64,000 nt of DNA, from the NCBI GenBank assembly GCA_965208905.1, contig OZ242365.1, forward strand, positions 576,001 to 640,000, read 5' to 3'. The notes under the pieces were generated by a model. That model searched no databases, was not told the DNA's origin, and was given only the letters and a program-made list of their open reading frames with translations. The stretch comes from Nitrosopumilaceae archaeon (GTDB lineage: Archaea; Thermoproteota; Nitrososphaeria; Nitrososphaerales; Nitrosopumilaceae). Both the position numbers and the translations under genes were made by a program. How positions within the stretch are numbered: the stretch's first letter is position 1; each line of letters opens with the position of its first letter. This document shows positions 59,573-64,000 of this stretch, one piece after another.

Positions 59573-60127
59573 GTGATGGCTTTTGTTCCCCCTGGAGAAG
59601 TTGATACGTTTAGTTTACTCTTTGAGAAACTTGATGCGCTACTAACAGAATCCCAAGACTACTATGAGTCATTTCTAGACACGAATAACTTGTACAAGAG
59701 TGGCGGTATTAGTGATAAAGAGTTCTTCCAAAAATTAGGCGACTATGTTGTGGCATATTCGGCTCTGGAGTTTTTAGCAGTAAAGGCACTCTTTGAATTG
59801 AAAAAGGCCATTAAATCAGGAGGTGGCGGTACTCAACCCTCGGGTATGATGGGAGGCCCAATGGGGGCAAATCCAATGGGTGGACCTCCAGGAATTATAT
59901 CGGGGGGTAATGTGGTGTCAGCCTTTTCACAGCCTGGTACGCTTCCAGCTCCAACTCCCATTCCAACTGCGCAACCTGCGCCAACTCCTCAACCTGCACC
60001 TGCTGCGCAACCTGCGCCAACTCCTCAGACAGCAACACAGAGTAATAGATGTTCATCTTGTGGTGCGCAATTAAGACAAGGTGCAAAATTCTGCACCTCT
60101 TGTGGAAAAAAAGTCAGTATTGAGTGA
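59573..60127 (+). CDS. zinc-ribbon domain protein
   Basis: C-terminal CSSCG...KFCTSCG with a Pro-rich linker. Confidence 0.8.
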   Translation: MMAFVPPGEVDTFSLLFEKLDALLTESQDYYESFLDTNNLYKSGGISDKEFFQKLGDYVVAYSALEFLAVKALFELKKAIKSGGGGTQPSGMMGGPMGANPMGGPPGIISGGNVVSAFSQPGTLPAPTPIPTAQPAPTPQPAPAAQPAPTPQTATQSNRCSSCGAQLRQGAKFCTSCGKKVSIE

Positions 60128-60458
60128 CGCCGCACTGATTACAAAACTTTGCTGTGGCAGATAGCTCTACACCGCATTCTGAACAAAATTTGGTGGTGGG
60201 TTCAACCGTACCAGTAGCCAGAGAGTTTAACACAGCACCACTTGGAACGTATACGTCTTCGATAATCGGCGGTTCAACGACTTCGCGAGTCATATACATC
60301 ATCACTCGGGACACTGACTCGTTCTTATTAGTTGGATCAGTAACGGTGTCACCCAGCCAAAATGCAAATCGATTCAATATTAGCTCGGGTGTAGAGTACG
60401 ACATTGAATTAGATGACATGTAGTCTTGAGCGGCTTTTTTCCCATCAAAAGCTTGCAT
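60114..60458 (-). CDS. zinc-ribbon domain protein
   Basis: KFCSECG...KFCNQCG. Confidence 0.8.
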   Translation of the reverse strand: MQAFDGKKAAQDYMSSNSMSYSTPELILNRFAFWLGDTVTDPTNKNESVSRVMMYMTREVVEPPIIEDVYVPSGAVLNSLATGTVEPTTKFCSECGVELSATAKFCNQCGVTQY

Positions 60459-60582
60459 AATAGTACTATAGTGCTAGTTTAAAATTAATGTTTTCAATCT
60501 TTAATGAAATATTATGCTTAGTTTAAAATAATTAGATTAAATGAAACGCGCTCTTTTTAAATTATTGAAAAATACCTGTAAT

Positions 60583-60759
60583 GTGAAATGTAGTATTTCA
60601 GAATGTAGTAACACCGCAGTCAAAACAATAAAAGTGGGCTCAAAAGAGACCAGAAACCTCTGTAAAACTCACCTTGTAATTTACATGAATAGAGAGAGGC
60701 AACATACGCCCATATTTCACAAAGCATCGAATATACCACGTGATTACAAACAAGTTTAA
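60583..60759 (+). CDS. small Cys/His (zinc-binding) protein
   Basis: KCSISEC...LCKTH. Confidence 0.55.
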   Translation: MKCSISECSNTAVKTIKVGSKETRNLCKTHLVIYMNRERQHTPIFHKASNIPRDYKQV

Positions 60760-60899
60760 CTAATTATATAAACATAATTGAATTTACAGTTGCAGAGTTC
60801 GTATCCAGATACGCCTCAAAGATATGTGGTAATTTAAGCAAGTAATCAGCAGTCTGCTTGGGCCAACATGAATGTCAGACACCCTCAAAGTATAGCCTC

Positions 60900-61120
60900 A
60901 ATCTACATCTAGTTCAAGAGACTACTGGGCGAGGCACTGCGGGCGGTAAAGCCCGAGTATCTGATGATAGAGATTACTACAAAGATGGCTGTGTATAACA
61001 AAATCCGAGACATCATGCGCAAGACCACGGGGGTGGACAGAACGCCACCCCGCGCGGTCCAGAATCCACATGGCGGCCGGACTATCCAGATTGCGTTAGG
61101 TTACAAATTATGAAACACTG
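60900..61120 (+). pseudogene. IS5-family transposase C-terminal remnant
   Basis: FKRLLGEALRAVKPEYLMIEITTKMAVYNK resembles the end of the 2.7-kb remnant. Confidence 0.55.
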
Positions 61121-61161
61121 TCAGCAGAACCCTTTAATTTAATACTAGAGCAAGAATTTCT

Positions 61162-61956
61162 GTGAGGTGGTTACTTGTATTGTTGTTATTTATACCTGCA
61201 TTGGCCTTTGCCGAGTCACAGACGACATCAACGGATGGAGGAATATTAGACCTAAGAATTACTTATGATGATATAGAGCCTGGTACAAACAGTATTGTAA
61301 CAATTGAATTCATAAACCCCAACACAGATAAAATTCAACTACATATCGATTATGATATCAATATGACAGTAAATGACACTGTCATTGCTACAACTCCCAT
61401 GATTCACTCCTCAGGGGGCATAGTCCGGGGATTGCAGGTTCCATTTCCTACTGTTGGCGAATACAATCTCAAGATAGGTGTTGAAGGTATATTATTCCAA
61501 CCCATAAAGAGAGAAGTGGCATCCTTCATAATACCAGTGGGTATGGCGGCAGCACAGACCCCTGAGCCTGGAGGGGGGTGTCTGATAGCAACTGCAGCGT
61601 ATGGTTCAGAGCTGGCTCCACAGGTACAAAATTTACGAGAGGTTAGAGACCAGATGGTTCTATCCACCGACTCAGGGAGGTGGTTTGTTTCAATGTTTAA
61701 TCAGGTATACTATATCTTCTCCCCGACAATTGCAGATATGCAGAGGGAGAGTCCAGTCTTAAAGAATACCATATTGTTGTCAATGCAGCCCATGCTAACA
61801 TCATTAGGTGTAATGGAGTATGCAGATTCGGAGCTAAAAGTGTTGGTGTATGGTATTCTTGTGATTATGTTTAACATTGCAACTTATGTGGTGGTACCAA
61901 TTCTAATACTGGTATGGTTGCGATGTCAAGCAAAGCGCCTAGCCATAGCACAATAA
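61162..61956 (+). CDS. CFI-box-CTERM domain secreted protein
   Basis: signal peptide; GGGCLIATAAYGSELAPQVQNLREVRD; C-terminal TM. Confidence 0.88.
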   Translation: MRWLLVLLLFIPALAFAESQTTSTDGGILDLRITYDDIEPGTNSIVTIEFINPNTDKIQLHIDYDINMTVNDTVIATTPMIHSSGGIVRGLQVPFPTVGEYNLKIGVEGILFQPIKREVASFIIPVGMAAAQTPEPGGGCLIATAAYGSELAPQVQNLREVRDQMVLSTDSGRWFVSMFNQVYYIFSPTIADMQRESPVLKNTILLSMQPMLTSLGVMEYADSELKVLVYGILVIMFNIATYVVVPILILVWLRCQAKRLAIAQ

Positions 61957-62002
61957 GTATACATCACAAAAGGAGCCAAAAAGTGTCATAATTAAAAATG
62001 CG

Positions 62003-62323
62003 TTATGCGCTTAGTACGCGGTCTATCATTGTACGATAAGAGTCCTTGTTGGCAGCGCCTATCTTTTGATCCACAACTTGGCCCTTGTTAAAGAGTATCA
62101 ATGTAGGAATGCTCATTACATTATATTGTGAAGCTAGTTCTCCAGCGTTATCGACGTTCACCTTGACGAACTTTATCTTGTCTTGATAATCAGCCGCCAG
62201 CTCTTCAAGTATGGGAGACACCATTCTACAAGGTCCGCACCATTCTGCCCAAAAGTCCACAAATACTGGCACATTTGAGTCAAGTACCTGTGACTGCCAT
62301 TGGTTTGTTCCGATATTATCCAT
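62003..62323 (-). CDS. trxA: thioredoxin
   Basis: WAEWCGPC. Confidence 0.96.
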   Translation of the reverse strand: MDNIGTNQWQSQVLDSNVPVFVDFWAEWCGPCRMVSPILEELAADYQDKIKFVKVNVDNAGELASQYNVMSIPTLILFNKGQVVDQKIGAANKDSYRTMIDRVLSA

Positions 62324-62744
62324 AAAATAACTGCTTTTATTACTATCTAAAAATGTTCACTGCTAGATGGGCGTGCCCTACAGGTAAATACCCTTAACTC
62401 TGGCGTCTTGCGCTCCGCCCACAGCATCATTATACGGTTTTGTAGTCGAGTCTTTGTAGATACGTTATACATGGCCCAGATGTATCCAATTGTACTACTG
62501 GTTTAGTGCCGCCGGGGGCAACCCTGAAGGTTTTATACTAATGAGTATACCTCCCCCGCTAGATGATACTAATTTGATTTTGTATTACATATGTAATAGA
62601 GGATTGTCATGGATGATTACGTTGTGGGCTAAACTATTGGAAACCTATTTGCAGGTCATGCCAATATGGTTAGATTTGATTTTGTAGTCATAATTCTCAA
62701 AAGTCAAGAGAGACTTTTATTAGTGTGAGTAATTAAATACGGTA

Positions 62745-63623
62745 ATGAATATTATAAACGCTGTATCAGCTTTTGTAATGCTTGGCGCCATAGTAGGTGT
62801 TGCAGCTGCCCCCATGGCATTTGCAGACCACAGTACCGCCACCGTACTAAATCAGGAAGGATCATCTGTACCTGGTTGTGAAGAGACCAATGACTGCTTT
62901 ATACCCAGCACGGTCACCATAGACATAGGTGGGGAAGTAGTCTGGAAGAATGTTGACAACGCAGCCCACACTGTCACCAGTGGTGTACTAGCCGATGGTG
63001 GTCCAGATGGTATATTCGATAGTGGCCTGTTTACTCCAGATGCCGAATTCTCTCACGTATTTGACACACCAGGCGAATATCCATACTTCTGTCTTGTCCA
63101 TCCATGGATGTCAGGTATGGTAGTTGTACAGGAGGCAGCAGCCGATGATCATATGGAGAAAGAACATGACGACATGGATAAAGGTATGGCTATGACACTT
63201 GAGGAAGCATCTGCTATGTCTGTACTATCAGATGGAACTAATGTTATGATTATGGCAACTGAGCCCATGGCTGGTGAACAGATGAGAATAGATGTGGTGT
63301 TCAAAGACAGTGAACATGTAAACTACGATATCGTAGTAATGCAAGGAGACGAAGAGGTCTTGAATGCAATGGGAGCCCACCAACATGAAGGAATGGGTTC
63401 GCATCAGACATCACACCTGCCTACAAGTGACCCGGTAGACATAACAATTACATTCCAAGGATATGGTATAGATGAAATGACAGGTCCGATCAACGAAGAG
63501 ATTGTGTTTGCACAGGTTGTACCTGAATTCGGTACCATCGCAGCGCTGATACTTGCAGTAGCCATTGTATCAGTTGTAGTTGTCTCGACTAAATCAAGAC
63601 TTAGTATAATTCCAAGGTACTAG
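62745..63623 (+). CDS. plastocyanin-like copper protein with PEFG-CTERM sorting signal
   Basis: AAHTVTSG and YFCLVHPWM ligands; VPEFG followed by a TM segment and basic tail. Confidence 0.92.
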   Translation: MNIINAVSAFVMLGAIVGVAAAPMAFADHSTATVLNQEGSSVPGCEETNDCFIPSTVTIDIGGEVVWKNVDNAAHTVTSGVLADGGPDGIFDSGLFTPDAEFSHVFDTPGEYPYFCLVHPWMSGMVVVQEAAADDHMEKEHDDMDKGMAMTLEEASAMSVLSDGTNVMIMATEPMAGEQMRIDVVFKDSEHVNYDIVVMQGDEEVLNAMGAHQHEGMGSHQTSHLPTSDPVDITITFQGYGIDEMTGPINEEIVFAQVVPEFGTIAALILAVAIVSVVVVSTKSRLSIIPRY

Positions 63624-64000
63624 CCGTTTTTTCCTTTTTAGATGACCATACAGTGGGGGAGTCTTTGCTCATTCCAGTGGAGTGGAAATTTTGATGTCTA
63701 GACAAAATAAATTTGAAAAAGGCGCTGGTCGTCTAGCCATGGCGTGTTAATACTGCAATTCATGGTGAATTGTATGCGGGTGCAGATCTAACTTATCGAT
63801 AAAACCTTGTATCTGTCCAAGAACAAAAGACAGAGTCGATTATGAATTTGCCGGCCCACTATACAGAGGGGCGTCTAATTAGCGCCAAAACACTCAAAAC
63901 CACAGCGGCGACTCCCAAAGACAGTCCCAAGACAGCAAAATTATATGATGTAGTGTCAGTTACAGGATCAGAGCCGCTTCGCAACTGCTCAATCTCAGAC

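Overview
Archaeal DNA, almost certainly a Nitrosopumilaceae/Cenarchaeum-like thaumarchaeon (PEFG-CTERM and CFI-box-CTERM proteins, ADP-forming 4-hydroxybutyrate-CoA ligase, LSm-L37e, archaeal tRNAs). Bases ~55-20580 form a visibly GC-richer island bounded by a 26-bp dyad-symmetric direct repeat. It holds a HUH rolling-circle Rep, an intact but catalytically dead Hef-like helicase, a Panacea-like/RelE pair, IS debris, a MITE and a type I R-M operon with two embedded toxin-antitoxin-like modules; one antitoxin (MNT) is fused to HsdS. Bases ~21-33 kb contain two IS630 copies, one of which splits a SNF2 helicase. Bases ~34-64 kb are mostly core genes, with four tRNAs, IS remnants and repeat-expanded proteins. 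The most unusual signal is two different tnpB sequences, each inside a non-autonomous element with related ~23-bp terminal inverted repeats and a perfect 8-bp target-site duplication. That is a DDE-type signature, which IS200/IS605 and IS607 do not leave. All calls come from reading motifs by eye; no database searches were run.
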